From assembly GCA_964651725.1 (NCBI GenBank), contig CAZYYH010000001.1:2868-66867 (forward strand): DNA of 64,000 nucleotides, read 5' to 3'. Origin of the DNA: an uncultured Halobacteriales archaeon. Lineage in GTDB: Archaea > Halobacteriota > Halobacteria > Halobacteriales > Halobacteriaceae. Position numbers and translations under genes: made by a program. Under the pieces are notes generated by a model, which saw only the letters and a program-made list of their open reading frames with translations, ran no database searches and was not told where the DNA came from. Below, piece by piece: positions 17,486 through 27,361 of the stretch (its first letter is position 1; each line of letters opens with the position of its first letter).

Positions 17486-20400
17486 CTATGATTCTTGCTC
17501 TTGTAATCCTTGTTCTATAACGTTCTGGTCCTCTGTCGTTAACCCATACAGGAAACAAATAGCTTCGTTGATTACAACTTCAGTCGTTGCAATCTTCCGT
17601 TCAAGATCGGCCTCTCGATCAGCCTCCTTCACGTACTGTCTGAACCCGGTTTCAATAGCGGATAACTCGGGTAGTTCCAGACCCCTGAGGCGGTCGATTA
17701 CCGAATTCTGTGTCGTCGTATGGGGAAGGAATCCGGCATACGTTTTCGACTTAGATTGTTCCAACACGACCGGCAAGTACTCCTCAAGCAATCGCACTTC
17801 TAACTCGGAGGGATTCCGAAAGCGGTAGACCGGAATCGTCTCTACTTGACTCGAGCCATCGCTTTCTACGAGTACATTCAGGCGCACCCCGTCATGATCT
17901 TCCTCGATTTCAAAGTCTGCAACCGTATATTGGGGATTGGACCCTTTCTCAGTCACCACTGTATGCTCTAATCCCGCAACAGGTTGAGCTACTTCTTCGA
18001 GCGTTCCTGCAGGCTCAAACGGTTCAATGTAACTGAGCAGATCGGTATTTAGTCTAGCCTTCTCAGCATACCACTCCCCTAAGTTCTGCGCAAAGTCGCC
18101 GACAGCATCATGAATCGCAGCCCGCTGCCCTGCCCGTGCAGCACCCCGTAGTTCATACTCAATCCGCTGCATCTCCCTGTTGTCCACTGCGTGTTCATAC
18201 GCAGTCAAGATAGCCCGATGAACCGCGTCTCTTCGTTCACCAACCTCATGAAAATCGATGAGTGGGATTGGTAACCGACGCGCGTCACTTACCTGAATCC
18301 GGGGAAACGAGCCAGTCACGAAGCTCGAAATGATCTTGTTCGATATCCGCGGGAAAATCCATGACATCACTTCCGAATTGAGCACTGCCAAGATGAAGTG
18401 GGTGCTGTAGTTTGAATGCGTGGTGATGCCGAGAACGGACTTATCGAAACAATATTCGGATTCGGTGTATGCAGCATTCAGCATATCTCTACTCTCGTTC
18501 GTAATCTCTTGAAGCAGAATTCGCGGGCCACTACAAAGGTGACGAGGAATCGGATCGTGAAGATGGTCTCCAACCTTTAGGTACTCGGCCCCGGCTGGAT
18601 CAAGATGGTACCGCTCGACATGCCGCCCCTTGATTTCTAAGAAGTGATTGTCGCTCTCCTTGGTTTCACTATGGAAGTCACGGGTTTTCCTGGTCTCTTC
18701 ATCGTGTTTCGATTTATTGTACACTTGGATTCCGATTCTAACCTCCGCTACGCGGGGCTCCAATTCGACGCTGACATCCCGTATCTTATCGAGAATTCGC
18801 TGCTCTGCAGGTGTTCGTCGAATTTCAATCCGATAATCCTCATTCTCTAAGAGTGCGTCCTGGTCCGTACTGCGGACCTTCTCTAACATGGGGACGTCGT
18901 TCTCAGAGTTATCAGCCATATACGCATTAACGACACCAGGCTCCTCCGATTTCTCTGCCATGAGAATGATGGTATCTACGTCCACACCTTCGAACACTCG
19001 CTCCTCAAACCGAATAATCGATCGTAGCCAAGAATTTGACAACACAAATTCTCTCAAACCCTCAGCATTTGGCTGAGTTAACCACTGCTGCGGAATAATA
19101 TATCCGAATTGGCCGTTCTCCTGAAGGAGGGATAAGCCCTTCTCGATAAATAACGCAAACATGTCGATGAAGTACTCTGCTGTGTCACGATACTTGGCTT
19201 CGAAGTAGTCCGTAAGGTCGTCGTCAACACTTCCATAGGGAGGATTCCCAAGGACAACATCGAATCCTCCTGGACTTCCGAGCTCATCCTCAGCGTCACC
19301 GTAGAACACCTGTGGGAATTCCAAGTACCAGTGGAAAAATCTGTATTTGTCGTCGAGTGATATGGCGTCCTGATACCAGGACTCCGATGTCACTGATTCC
19401 CACTGCTCGTCATCTTCAATTACTCGCGCCAGGTTCTCAATCTGTCCCGACCCGATATCCACGCCTAACGCCTTCGCTGTATGTACATCACAGATTGATA
19501 AAATACGCTGATAGGTCTCGTCCCGCGTTATCTCCTGATACTTTGTCTCCATCTTTTTCACATCGGCCCGTGCTTCCATCTCAATGTCGAGTAACTCACG
19601 GAAAATCTCAATAACGTGTTCAACTGCTTCTTTGTGACTTGTCCCCCAGCTCGCCCAAGAGGATTGTTCGTCATCCGTTTCAATGGGGAGCTCGTCGATT
19701 TCCTCTAAGTTCGAGCCTACAAGGGAGTTCCCACACTTCAGATGGTGATCTAGAAATGCTAGCGGCCGCTCCGCTGCAAGTGTGTTCAGCCACAAGGAGA
19801 CCTTTGCTAATTCGACGGCCATGGGTTGGACGTCAATCCCATAGATACAGCGCTGCGCAACACGCCGACGAACCCACTCGCTATCCATGTTCTCAGAGAG
19901 GGATTCAACACCGACGTCATCGACTTGCTGCTCTCTCGCCTCAAGGATTTCTGCTGCCAGATAATCCACAACTCCTGTTAAGAAATGGCCGCTTCCCATC
20001 GCAGGATCGAGAATACTGAGATCGAACACTCGTTGCATAAATCGGTCCGCATACTCTTCTGGTGGCGCCTCGTTTCGAACGTCCTCTTTGATATCTTCGA
20101 GAACAGGATCCAGAGAGTCCTCGACGATGTATTTCACCACGTATTCTGGAGTGTAATAGGAACCGAACTCCTTGCGTTCGTTCCCTGCAGGCTTGTACGA
20201 CCGAATGACCGCTTCTTCCCGTCCCGTGGTCTTGAGGTAGACCTCTCCTGGCCGGATGGTCGTCTGCTCTTCGATATTTCCCTCAAAGTCCGATTGCGGA
20301 ACCCATTGTTCTCGTTCCCCGTCATCGATTGCTACTAACGGCTCGGTGGCAACACCTAAATCATACTCGAGTAAGCCTTCATAGATGCTACCAAGGTGAC

Positions 20401-21670
20401 GGACTGTGAGCGACGAATAATCCGCATATTGATGCTCGCCTGCAGTCTGAACATCTGTCTGAGAGATTAGTCGAATAACCTCTGCGAGATAAGAATCGGC
20501 AACCCTGTTATCCTGGAGGAATCGTGATTCAGACCGATCGTGCTTTGACGGATTGGTCCTGAACAGGCCGCCATTGTAGCCTGGAATATGAAAATCAGTT
20601 TCAGGGATGTTATAGTTGTCACTACCCTTGTCGATGAGTCGGAAAAGCCGGTCAAGTTTCTCCCAGAGTCCGAACTCGTAGTCTCTATACTTTGGATAGT
20701 CCTTTTCTAACTCCTCACATATCGTAATCTTCTGTTGATTGAGGCTGTAGTCTCGCTCGTATTTCTTACTGTCGATTGGGAGTAAAGAACGCTCTTCGCT
20801 CTCCGCATAAAGGATGAATATTAACCGATACAAATAGACTAGCGAGGCATCGTGGATGTAATCGATATCGTCTGCATCAAGATTGTTTTCGTCGTTATGT
20901 AAGAACCCTTGGGCTAAGACCTTCAGAGCATCGTAGATGCGGTCTTGAATATCTTCACCTAGTTCCCGCGAGAACCGTGCGCTTTGTTGATAGACACGAT
21001 CAAGGAAGCACTCTCCCTGCACATCAGGGCAGAACGCTTGCCTCCGGAAGAGAACGTAAAATACGGTAAATGCTCTCAAGTCGCCCGACTTGAGGATTGT
21101 GGGCAAATCCACCTCAAAAAACGAATTCAGCTTATGACTGGTTGGCGCATAGTAGAGCCGCCACTTCCTCCCGTTTGTTACGATTCCCCAATCCGGCGGC
21201 GTCTCCTGCAAGTAGTATGAAATTTGGTAATTCGGGTTCCCGAAGTCACGTTGATCATTGTTCTCAACGTCAAGGTCTCTATCCCAATGTTTGGCATCTG
21301 CAATCCCAATCGCATTTTTGTATACATCCTCGCCTTCCTGTTTGCGCACTACAGCTTTTTGACGTTCACTATCCGACCCAAAAAGCGCATAGTCCGGTGT
21401 CCGCCGATTGCGATGAACTGCCTGCTGGACTTCCCAATGGTGATTTAATACTTGTAGTACAGGGCGGATGAATCGCTCTTCCAACGGCATTTCGTTCCGC
21501 TCTACTAGTTCCGGCATCTCCTCTTCAAACAGATTTGCAATGCTGTTGAACGCCGCGTCGACTGTGGACTGTTCGAGGTCCTTCCATTCCTGCGTGTTCT
21601 CTAAGCGGTTTTCAATATAATGAGGCGAGAACAGGTTTTGGGTCTTCCAAGCCGTTAGAGAGGTTTGCAT
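17486..21670 (-). CDS. type IIG restriction-modification enzyme (fused PD-(D/E)xK nuclease, N6-adenine MTase and target recognition domain)
   Basis: The N-terminus TPDYALF...IGIADAKHWDRDLD is a PD...DxK nuclease motif. ILDPAMGSGHFL is SAM motif I and VLGNPPYG is NPPY motif IV. The C-terminal ~500 aa forms the target recognition region. I chose the start at MQTSLTAWKTQNLFSPHYIENRL. Alternative starts are 21742 (ATG) and 21775 (TTG). Confidence 0.9.
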   Translation of the reverse strand: MQTSLTAWKTQNLFSPHYIENRLENTQEWKDLEQSTVDAAFNSIANLFEEEMPELVERNEMPLEERFIRPVLQVLNHHWEVQQAVHRNRRTPDYALFGSDSERQKAVVRKQEGEDVYKNAIGIADAKHWDRDLDVENNDQRDFGNPNYQISYYLQETPPDWGIVTNGRKWRLYYAPTSHKLNSFFEVDLPTILKSGDLRAFTVFYVLFRRQAFCPDVQGECFLDRVYQQSARFSRELGEDIQDRIYDALKVLAQGFLHNDENNLDADDIDYIHDASLVYLYRLIFILYAESEERSLLPIDSKKYERDYSLNQQKITICEELEKDYPKYRDYEFGLWEKLDRLFRLIDKGSDNYNIPETDFHIPGYNGGLFRTNPSKHDRSESRFLQDNRVADSYLAEVIRLISQTDVQTAGEHQYADYSSLTVRHLGSIYEGLLEYDLGVATEPLVAIDDGEREQWVPQSDFEGNIEEQTTIRPGEVYLKTTGREEAVIRSYKPAGNERKEFGSYYTPEYVVKYIVEDSLDPVLEDIKEDVRNEAPPEEYADRFMQRVFDLSILDPAMGSGHFLTGVVDYLAAEILEAREQQVDDVGVESLSENMDSEWVRRRVAQRCIYGIDVQPMAVELAKVSLWLNTLAAERPLAFLDHHLKCGNSLVGSNLEEIDELPIETDDEQSSWASWGTSHKEAVEHVIEIFRELLDIEMEARADVKKMETKYQEITRDETYQRILSICDVHTAKALGVDIGSGQIENLARVIEDDEQWESVTSESWYQDAISLDDKYRFFHWYLEFPQVFYGDAEDELGSPGGFDVVLGNPPYGSVDDDLTDYFEAKYRDTAEYFIDMFALFIEKGLSLLQENGQFGYIIPQQWLTQPNAEGLREFVLSNSWLRSIIRFEERVFEGVDVDTIILMAEKSEEPGVVNAYMADNSENDVPMLEKVRSTDQDALLENEDYRIEIRRTPAEQRILDKIRDVSVELEPRVAEVRIGIQVYNKSKHDEETRKTRDFHSETKESDNHFLEIKGRHVERYHLDPAGAEYLKVGDHLHDPIPRHLCSGPRILLQEITNESRDMLNAAYTESEYCFDKSVLGITTHSNYSTHFILAVLNSEVMSWIFPRISNKIISSFVTGSFPRIQVSDARRLPIPLIDFHEVGERRDAVHRAILTAYEHAVDNREMQRIEYELRGAARAGQRAAIHDAVGDFAQNLGEWYAEKARLNTDLLSYIEPFEPAGTLEEVAQPVAGLEHTVVTEKGSNPQYTVADFEIEEDHDGVRLNVLVESDGSSQVETIPVYRFRNPSELEVRLLEEYLPVVLEQSKSKTYAGFLPHTTTQNSVIDRLRGLELPELSAIETGFRQYVKEADREADLERKIATTEVVINEAICFLYGLTTEDQNVIEQGLQEQES

Positions 21671-22021
21671 ATTCCCCCATGAAAACGAAGACAAATGAAC
21701 GTTTCTACGAACCCAGTGAAGCACATAAAAGACCTCGCTCATGAGAACTTCGGCCAATTTGGACGAGCCTGCCAACTATGTTGCTCAATGACTGTCAACC
21801 CATCCCCTCTTTAATTAGTCCAGAAGTTAGTTCTCATCCCTGTTCAAGTCCTCGTTGTATGCCAATTCACCTTCGGCTGGTCTATGCAGAAGAGCAGATG
21901 GCGTCCGAGACTCCTGACTTCTTACTGATCGCTGCGCGCAGCCTCCCAATCGGACCTGCCCCAGAATTCCCGTACGTCAGAGCGACCCTCAGAAATCAGT
22001 GTGGGTTGACCGATCTAATTC

Positions 22022-22741
22022 TCAATCCAAGTGTTCAGGGTGATTCTCAAGCCTGCCCTCCACATTAGAATCACTGCCCTCTGAAAGATAGAGTTTACAC
22101 CGATCCAGGATTCGAGGGACCGTTCGCCTCGGGATACCAGTATGACGAGCGATTTTCCGGTCACTCCAGCCGAGTTCCACCTTGGCACGAATTGCATCCA
22201 CGGCGTTTCCGAATTCATCTGTCGGTTGGAGATAGCCGTCGTCGTCGGTGGTGAACCCATACGGAGGCCGCCCGACCCATTTCCCCGCTGCCTCAGCGGC
22301 TCGAAGTCCTTCAACGGTGTTCTCCTGAATCTTCTTGGCCTCGAGTTCGGCCCCCCACGCGAGCATCGAGAGGAACATCTTATCGCGCATGGAGAGCTCA
22401 CCTCCCGGTTCGATCTCCAGATTGTCGTTGGTGATCGAGAGGCCGACGCCGTGGTCCTCGACGAGTTCGTGGACGGTCTCGTGGATGTCCCGGAAGTTCC
22501 GGCCGACTCGCGTCACCTCCCGCACGACCACACGCTCGATCTCCCCGGCGCGGACGCGCTCCAGGAACTCGCGATACCCGGAGCGATCCGTGTCGGTTCC
22601 GGTGGCCTTGTCCTGGAGGACGTCGACGTCCGCAGGTGGGACGCCGAGGTCGTCGACGACGTAGTCCCAGAGGTTGCTCGCCTGTGCGTCGAGGTCCTGA
22701 TCGGCGGTGGAGACCCGCGCGTAAATCAGCGTGGTGCCCAT
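22022..22741 (-). CDS. serine recombinase (resolvase/invertase family)
   Basis: MGTTLIYARVSTADQDLDAQ contains the catalytic Ser motif. The protein has a resolvase core and a C-terminal HTH (SDRKIARHTGIPRRTV). TATTTAAA at 22764-22771 lies 23-30 bp upstream of the ATG. Confidence 0.9.
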   Translation of the reverse strand: MGTTLIYARVSTADQDLDAQASNLWDYVVDDLGVPPADVDVLQDKATGTDTDRSGYREFLERVRAGEIERVVVREVTRVGRNFRDIHETVHELVEDHGVGLSITNDNLEIEPGGELSMRDKMFLSMLAWGAELEAKKIQENTVEGLRAAEAAGKWVGRPPYGFTTDDDGYLQPTDEFGNAVDAIRAKVELGWSDRKIARHTGIPRRTVPRILDRCKLYLSEGSDSNVEGRLENHPEHLD

Positions 22742-22872
22742 GGTTTGGCCCACCTGACAGCAGTATTTAAACTGTAGACGTTATTGCCAGGGTGGGCGGA
22801 AACGGTCGGTTCTGACCCAGGCAAAGGGACTTCAGGATGAACCCCCCAATTTGTGATATATTTTAGACGGCG

Positions 22873-22899
22873 TGCTGAATAGAGGGCGCGTATACAGTA
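22873..22899 (+). repeat. 27-bp imperfect palindrome, copy A
   Basis: TGCTGAAT-AGAGGGCGCGT-ATACAGTA, 130 bp upstream of the serine recombinase start. Confidence 0.7.
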
Positions 22900-23004
22900 C
22901 CCGCGTTTCTATCGATGGGAATCCCGGGCGACACCTACCGGGACCAATGTGACAGGACTGCCAGTTCCGTTTCTGGGATTTGGGATCGGCCAGTCAATCC
23001 AGAA

Positions 23005-23679
23005 CTACCCCTGTGCCAGTGTCCAGAGCTTGTATCCGTGATAGGCGAGCCAACCGGTCAGAACGAGCAGGAACGCCCGCTGGGTGAGGCCCTCCCATGG
23101 CGTCTGAATGCTCATCATAAAGACGGCGAACAACCCGATGGCGAGGATTGCGATACCAAGAGGGACGAATCTGTTTGGATAATTGGGCCACCGGTCATCG
23201 TGATTGAGTCCCCACGACGTAAGGGAGATCCCCAGAATGGCTGATGGGAATGACACGAGCGAGGCAAGAATGTGGTATTGGGTCGTCGTCGCCTCAAGAT
23301 TGTTCGGGTTGTGCTGGAAGAAGCCAGCCACGATGACGCCGGTTCCAAAAACGACGAGGAACGGAACGCCGATCAACAGTCGCCATCCTCTATCGGTCCA
23401 GACGAAGACCCCGAGTGCGAAAATAAGAATACTCGCTCCAAAAAGATAGAAATTGAGCTGCTGGACAACAGCGTGTGGGGCCCCGACGGCGGCCAACAGG
23501 CTGATTGGATCACTCACCGCGCTGTACGTGGCCCACATGAACCCCAACACGGTGGCAGCCACCCACCAGATAATGATTCCCGCGAACCCGATGATACCGG
23601 CCCACCCGACCAGCGAGTTCGGTTCCGTCTCGATACCTGGCGACTCTTCAGTTTCTCCCGCCATGTCAGATACACACAC
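23005..23679 (-). CDS. polytopic membrane protein (single-gene cassette)
   Basis: 224 aa with about 6 TM helices. It is the only gene between palindrome copies A and B. An alternative ATG lies at 23664. Confidence 0.65.
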   Translation of the reverse strand: MCVSDMAGETEESPGIETEPNSLVGWAGIIGFAGIIIWWVAATVLGFMWATYSAVSDPISLLAAVGAPHAVVQQLNFYLFGASILIFALGVFVWTDRGWRLLIGVPFLVVFGTGVIVAGFFQHNPNNLEATTTQYHILASLVSFPSAILGISLTSWGLNHDDRWPNYPNRFVPLGIAILAIGLFAVFMMSIQTPWEGLTQRAFLLVLTGWLAYHGYKLWTLAQG

Positions 23680-23740
23680 AGCAACTCGTAGTAAGGTTTT
23701 CCCTGGGAAATATTCGTCTGAACCATCAGCAGAGATACGA

Positions 23741-23767
23741 TGCTGAATCCAGCCTCTGTATTCAGAA
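23741..23767 (-). repeat. 27-bp imperfect palindrome, copy B
   Basis: The plus strand reads TGCTGAAT-CCAGCCTCTGT-ATTCAGAA. By hand alignment it is 22/27 identical to the reverse complements of copies C and D. Confidence 0.75.
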
Positions 23768-23967
23768 GTCTCTACTTGTCACCGTCCCGGCTCCTCCTCT
23801 AAGTCAAAGTAGGCGACGGACTCACCTCATCAGCGGTTCTGGGATGGGTTTGGGCCACTCATGTCGGATTCCCGCGCGGCGTTAGTAGAGTTTGAGGGCG
23901 TCGGCGTGCGGGCGGCGCTCACTCTCGTCGGCGGACTCGTCAGGGAAATCCTCGCATTCGATCTTAA

Positions 23968-24204
23968 TCAGTCGGCAGCCTCCGGCTCGGCGAGCTCGTG
24001 CTCGCGCTCCTGGAGGTCGAGCGGGCGGAGGTCGTCGTCGAGGACGACGACCTCGTGGCGGCCGCGGCCGGTGCGGCGCACGTCGACGGGGTGGCGCTCG
24101 ACCTCGCCGTCGGAGACGACGCCGTCGAGTTCGAGGTCTCCCTTCGGGAGCGTGATCTTCCCGCTTTTTCCCTCGTCACTCGGGGAAAGGACACGTTTCG
24201 GCAT
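23968..24204 (-). CDS. possible AbrB/SpoVT-like small DNA-binding protein
   Basis: 78 aa. GKITLPKGDLELDGV resembles the swapped-hairpin (G.itiPk..r..lg) motif. It is divergent from the structural operon. Confidence 0.45.
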   Translation of the reverse strand: MPKRVLSPSDEGKSGKITLPKGDLELDGVVSDGEVERHPVDVRRTGRGRHEVVVLDDDLRPLDLQEREHELAEPEAAD

Positions 24205-24369
24205 GGGATGTATTGGGAATCTAAACGACTATCTCCCTATAAACACCAGAGGATATGCCGACCTCGACAAGACAATCGTACGATTGTCTTGTAGTACTAC
24301 TGATGTTTTACGCGTAGGGCGCGACGGGGTGCGATAGCGGCCCGTCTCCCGGCGTGGCCGCGGTCAAGA

Positions 24370-24531
24370 ATGGGTAGGGACCCTCGCGAGTCGGCCGCAG
24401 TGGCTGGCTCACACGACGGTTTTCCAACGTACTGCACGGGCGAGAGCGCCGAGGCGCTGCTCCGCGTCACGATCGGCGACGTCGCGCGGCTCGACGACCG
24501 CCTCGCCGCACTCGCCCGGAGGCCAGCATGA
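24370..24531 (+). CDS. small ORF (53 aa), first of the coupled operon
   Basis: Not in the track because it is under 60 aa. MGRDPRESAAV...VTIGDVARLDDRLAALARRPA. Its stop overlaps the next start (ATGA 24528-24531). Confidence 0.3.
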   Translation: MGRDPRESAAVAGSHDGFPTYCTGESAEALLRVTIGDVARLDDRLAALARRPA

Positions 24532-24851
24532 ACGACCCGCGAGCTCGCGGCCTCGCGTTCGTGATCGCCGGCGGGTTCTGGTCGGTCGCGCTCACACTCG
24601 TCGCGGTGTTCCACGCCGCCGACGAGGTCGGGCTCCGGCTCATGGTCGCGTCGACCGTGCCGATCGTGCTCGGCCTCGCGCTCGCGTTCTACGGCACTGA
24701 CGTCGAGCCGGCGGCCGAGGACCGGCCGCGCGCGTCGACCGACGGCGGCCAGCCTGGCGCGGACAAGCTCGCCGACGCGGTCGAAGCCGAGGGGAGCGCC
24801 GCGGTGCGCGACGACGCGCTCGTCGCCGCACTGCGGGGAGGTGACGAGTGA
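24528..24851 (+). CDS. small two-TM membrane protein
   Basis: 107 aa. GLAFVIAGGFWSVALTLVAVF and MVASTVPIVLGLALAFYG are followed by an acidic tail. Confidence 0.6.
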   Translation: MNDPRARGLAFVIAGGFWSVALTLVAVFHAADEVGLRLMVASTVPIVLGLALAFYGTDVEPAAEDRPRASTDGGQPGADKLADAVEAEGSAAVRDDALVAALRGGDE

Positions 24852-24997
24852 TCGACGAGCCGGCCGGCCTCGCCATGGGCGAGGCGTTCCGCCGGTACGT
24901 CACCGAGCTCCGAGAGAGCTGGCCCGTCGACGAACAGCGCCTCGCCGCCGCACGTGGCGACGCACCACTGCGACACTCGACTTCAACCGTAACATGA
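24848..24997 (+). CDS. small ORF (49 aa)
   Basis: The GTG start overlaps the previous stop (GTGA), and its own stop overlaps the next ATG (ATGA 24994-24997). Confidence 0.3.
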   Translation: MIDEPAGLAMGEAFRRYVTELRESWPVDEQRLAAARGDAPLRHSTSTVT

Positions 24998-26523
24998 CAC
25001 AACTCCGACGCGGCCTCATGGCCGCTTTCCTGACCGTACTGCTCGTCGTCTCCGCGGTCGGCCCGGCTATGGCCGCCGCGACGATCGACGACCCGAACCA
25101 GATCAACTACGAGGCGACCGCCTCGCACAACCCGGAGATCCCCGTGGACGTCACCAAGGATGTCCACGTCGTCGGCGAGTGGGGTGTGACCGAGTACGAG
25201 AGCGACAGCGGCGACGTCGTCGCGCTCGACGCGTCGCTGAACGACTCGGTCGCGAACCCGGTGACGCTGACCGCGACCGACGTCAACGTCAGCGAGTTCG
25301 GCGCGTTCCCGCGCACCGGCGACTCGCACGGCAACGCGTCGGCGCTCGACGCGAGCGAGTGGGTGACCGAGGGCGCGAACGCGTCGAAGCTCACGGTGAC
25401 GGACACCACGACCGCGCCGAACGTCGAGGCCGTCCGGATCGACACGGACGGCTCGCTTGGCGCGGATGACGTGGCGGCCGCGAACTACTCGCACGTCAAG
25501 ATCGACTCGGACGAGGACAAGCGCTACCTCCAGCTCGCCGCCGACGTCGACGAGCTCGACACCGGCGCGCACGTCGAGGTGCGCGTGCTCGACGAGGACG
25601 GCGACTACAAGGCCGTCGTGATCGACCCGGACAACTCGACGAACGCCTCGAACGTGCTCGCGAACGGCACGGGCGAGGGCTACGTGCTCCAGCAGCAACT
25701 CGGCGAGCTCACCACGACGACCGTGTCGGGCTCCGACGGCACGTTCGACAACGTGCGCGAGCTGAAAGTGAACGTCACCGACGGCGATTTCGACGGCTCG
25801 TTCGCGCTGATCAACGCCGAGAAGATGGGTCGCTACCTGTTCGGTAAGCAGGCCTACGACGGCGCCGACGACGACTCGGACAAGGACGACACGCGCCAGC
25901 TCTACGAGCCGACGGGCGCGTACTCGATCACGTCGTTCAGCAGCATGGGCGCGGCGTTCGACGGCGCCGAAGTGCATGACGCGACGCTCCCCATGACGTT
26001 CCAGGCGTCGAACCTCGAAAAGAAGATGGACGCGCACGTCGAGTTCACCGAGGACTCGGGCGAGGGCCAGGTGTTCCCGTCGTTCGAGTGGATCGTCGAC
26101 GTCTACTACCGGCTTGAGCTCCCCGCGGCCTACGACCTCTCGTACGCCAACGCGAAGCTCACCGACACGGTGGAGCTCCCGGGCTCGCGCTACCAGTCCG
26201 TCGAGATCGCCGAGGGCGTCGGCGACACGGAGTTCAGCGAGATCTCCTCGTGGACGGACAAGACGAGCTCGTACGACGCGCGCGGCGCGAACGTCACGCT
26301 GGACTCGACGATCCAGCCCGGCCAGCAGATCGCCATTCACTACGAGTACCCCGTCAGCGCCGACGCGAAGTCAGCCATGGCGAACACGGGCGGCGGGCCC
26401 GGCCAGTTTGAGCGGCAGTCGGGCGGCGGGTTCGTCGGCTGGCTCAAGTCGCTCCCGGTGATCGGCTCAATCATCTCGCTCGTCGGAATGCTCCTCGGCG
26501 GCAAGTGGGTCATGGGGAAGTAA
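24994..26523 (+). CDS. secreted, C-terminally anchored surface (spike-like) protein
   Basis: The internal ATG gives MTQLRRGLMAAFLTVLLVVSAVGPAMAAAT, a signal peptide. The body is 509 aa, Asp/Thr/Asn-rich, with many N-x-S/T sequons. The C-terminal TM helix is LPVIGSIISLVGMLLGGKWVMGK. Confidence 0.8.
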   Translation: MTQLRRGLMAAFLTVLLVVSAVGPAMAAATIDDPNQINYEATASHNPEIPVDVTKDVHVVGEWGVTEYESDSGDVVALDASLNDSVANPVTLTATDVNVSEFGAFPRTGDSHGNASALDASEWVTEGANASKLTVTDTTTAPNVEAVRIDTDGSLGADDVAAANYSHVKIDSDEDKRYLQLAADVDELDTGAHVEVRVLDEDGDYKAVVIDPDNSTNASNVLANGTGEGYVLQQQLGELTTTTVSGSDGTFDNVRELKVNVTDGDFDGSFALINAEKMGRYLFGKQAYDGADDDSDKDDTRQLYEPTGAYSITSFSSMGAAFDGAEVHDATLPMTFQASNLEKKMDAHVEFTEDSGEGQVFPSFEWIVDVYYRLELPAAYDLSYANAKLTDTVELPGSRYQSVEIAEGVGDTEFSEISSWTDKTSSYDARGANVTLDSTIQPGQQIAIHYEYPVSADAKSAMANTGGGPGQFERQSGGGFVGWLKSLPVIGSIISLVGMLLGGKWVMGK

Positions 26524-26527
26524 ACCC

Positions 26528-26956
26528 ATGGCTGAATTTCCGTCGGCAGAGAACCTGATCGACCGCGCGGAGGGGCGCTCTCTCACGGGGATCACTAAGC
26601 AGGGCTTCGGCGGGTGGCTGCTCGCCGTCTCGACGTCGATGATCGTCGGGACACAGACAGTCACCGAGTTCCTGCTGTTCCCGTTCGTGCAGGTGATGGA
26701 GATCACCGACTCGACGGTCGACGCGTTCATCCTGAAGCCGCTGACCGTGGTGATCACGGGCTCGGAGGCGACCGCGGCGTCGGTCGCGGAGTTCGAGCTG
26801 TTCGGCTTGCCACTCGGCACAGTAATCGTGCTGTTCACGCTGATGATCGTGTCGTTCTATCTCCGCCGGAGAGCGACGAGCGACACGTTCGTCGGGACGT
26901 TCACCGACTTCGGCGGGAACCTGATCGGTGTGAGAGAGGACACCGACGAGGGCTGA
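26528..26956 (+). CDS. membrane protein
   Basis: 142 aa with about 3 TM helices, in the operon. Confidence 0.65.
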   Translation: MAEFPSAENLIDRAEGRSLTGITKQGFGGWLLAVSTSMIVGTQTVTEFLLFPFVQVMEITDSTVDAFILKPLTVVITGSEATAASVAEFELFGLPLGTVIVLFTLMIVSFYLRRRATSDTFVGTFTDFGGNLIGVREDTDEG

Positions 26957-26965
26957 CCATGCTCG

Positions 26966-27361
26966 ATGCACGAGCAGCCGCCGGGAGGTGGCACCGTGGT
27001 CCGTGATCGCGCCGGCGACAGCGGGCCGAGCGACGAGCTCGTCGACTCGTTCCTCACGAGCGACAACCGCCCCAAGTGGGGCGCGCTCGGTCGCGGGATC
27101 GTCGGCGGCGGGCTGTTCGCGACGATCTACGGCGTGGTGAGCGGCGTGCTTGCGGTCGGCACGGCTCCCTCGCTGTTCGTCGACGGCGTCATGACGGCCG
27201 TGCGAACGAACATCGACCGGTTCCTGCGCGTGCTGAACGGCGAGCTCGCGGCGCTGTGGGAGCCCGCCGTCGACTTCGGGCTGTTCCAGCTCCCGTTCGG
27301 CGTGGTCGTGCTGCTGCTCGTGCTGTCGGTCGCGGCGTGGGGGGTGCGTCAGTTCCGATGA
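26966..27361 (+). CDS. membrane protein
   Basis: 131 aa with 2 TM helices. Confidence 0.65.
   Translation: MHEQPPGGGTVVRDRAGDSGPSDELVDSFLTSDNRPKWGALGRGIVGGGLFATIYGVVSGVLAVGTAPSLFVDGVMTAVRTNIDRFLRVLNGELAALWEPAVDFGLFQLPFGVVVLLLVLSVAAWGVRQFR

Larger units (their letters stand above)
6230..22020. other. low-GC cargo island 1 (~16 kb)
   Basis: Base composition drops abruptly. Hand counts give 23/60 GC on line 7081 against 43/60 on line 25201. A high-GC patch is embedded at ~15880-16560. Confidence 0.8.

Noticed and set aside
17486-21775. Interpreting the 1.4-kaa methyltransferase as BREX PglX.
   Set aside because: No PglZ, BrxC, BrxL or BrxA-like genes are nearby. The protein also has its own N-terminal PD...DxK nuclease motif, which fits a stand-alone type IIG enzyme better.
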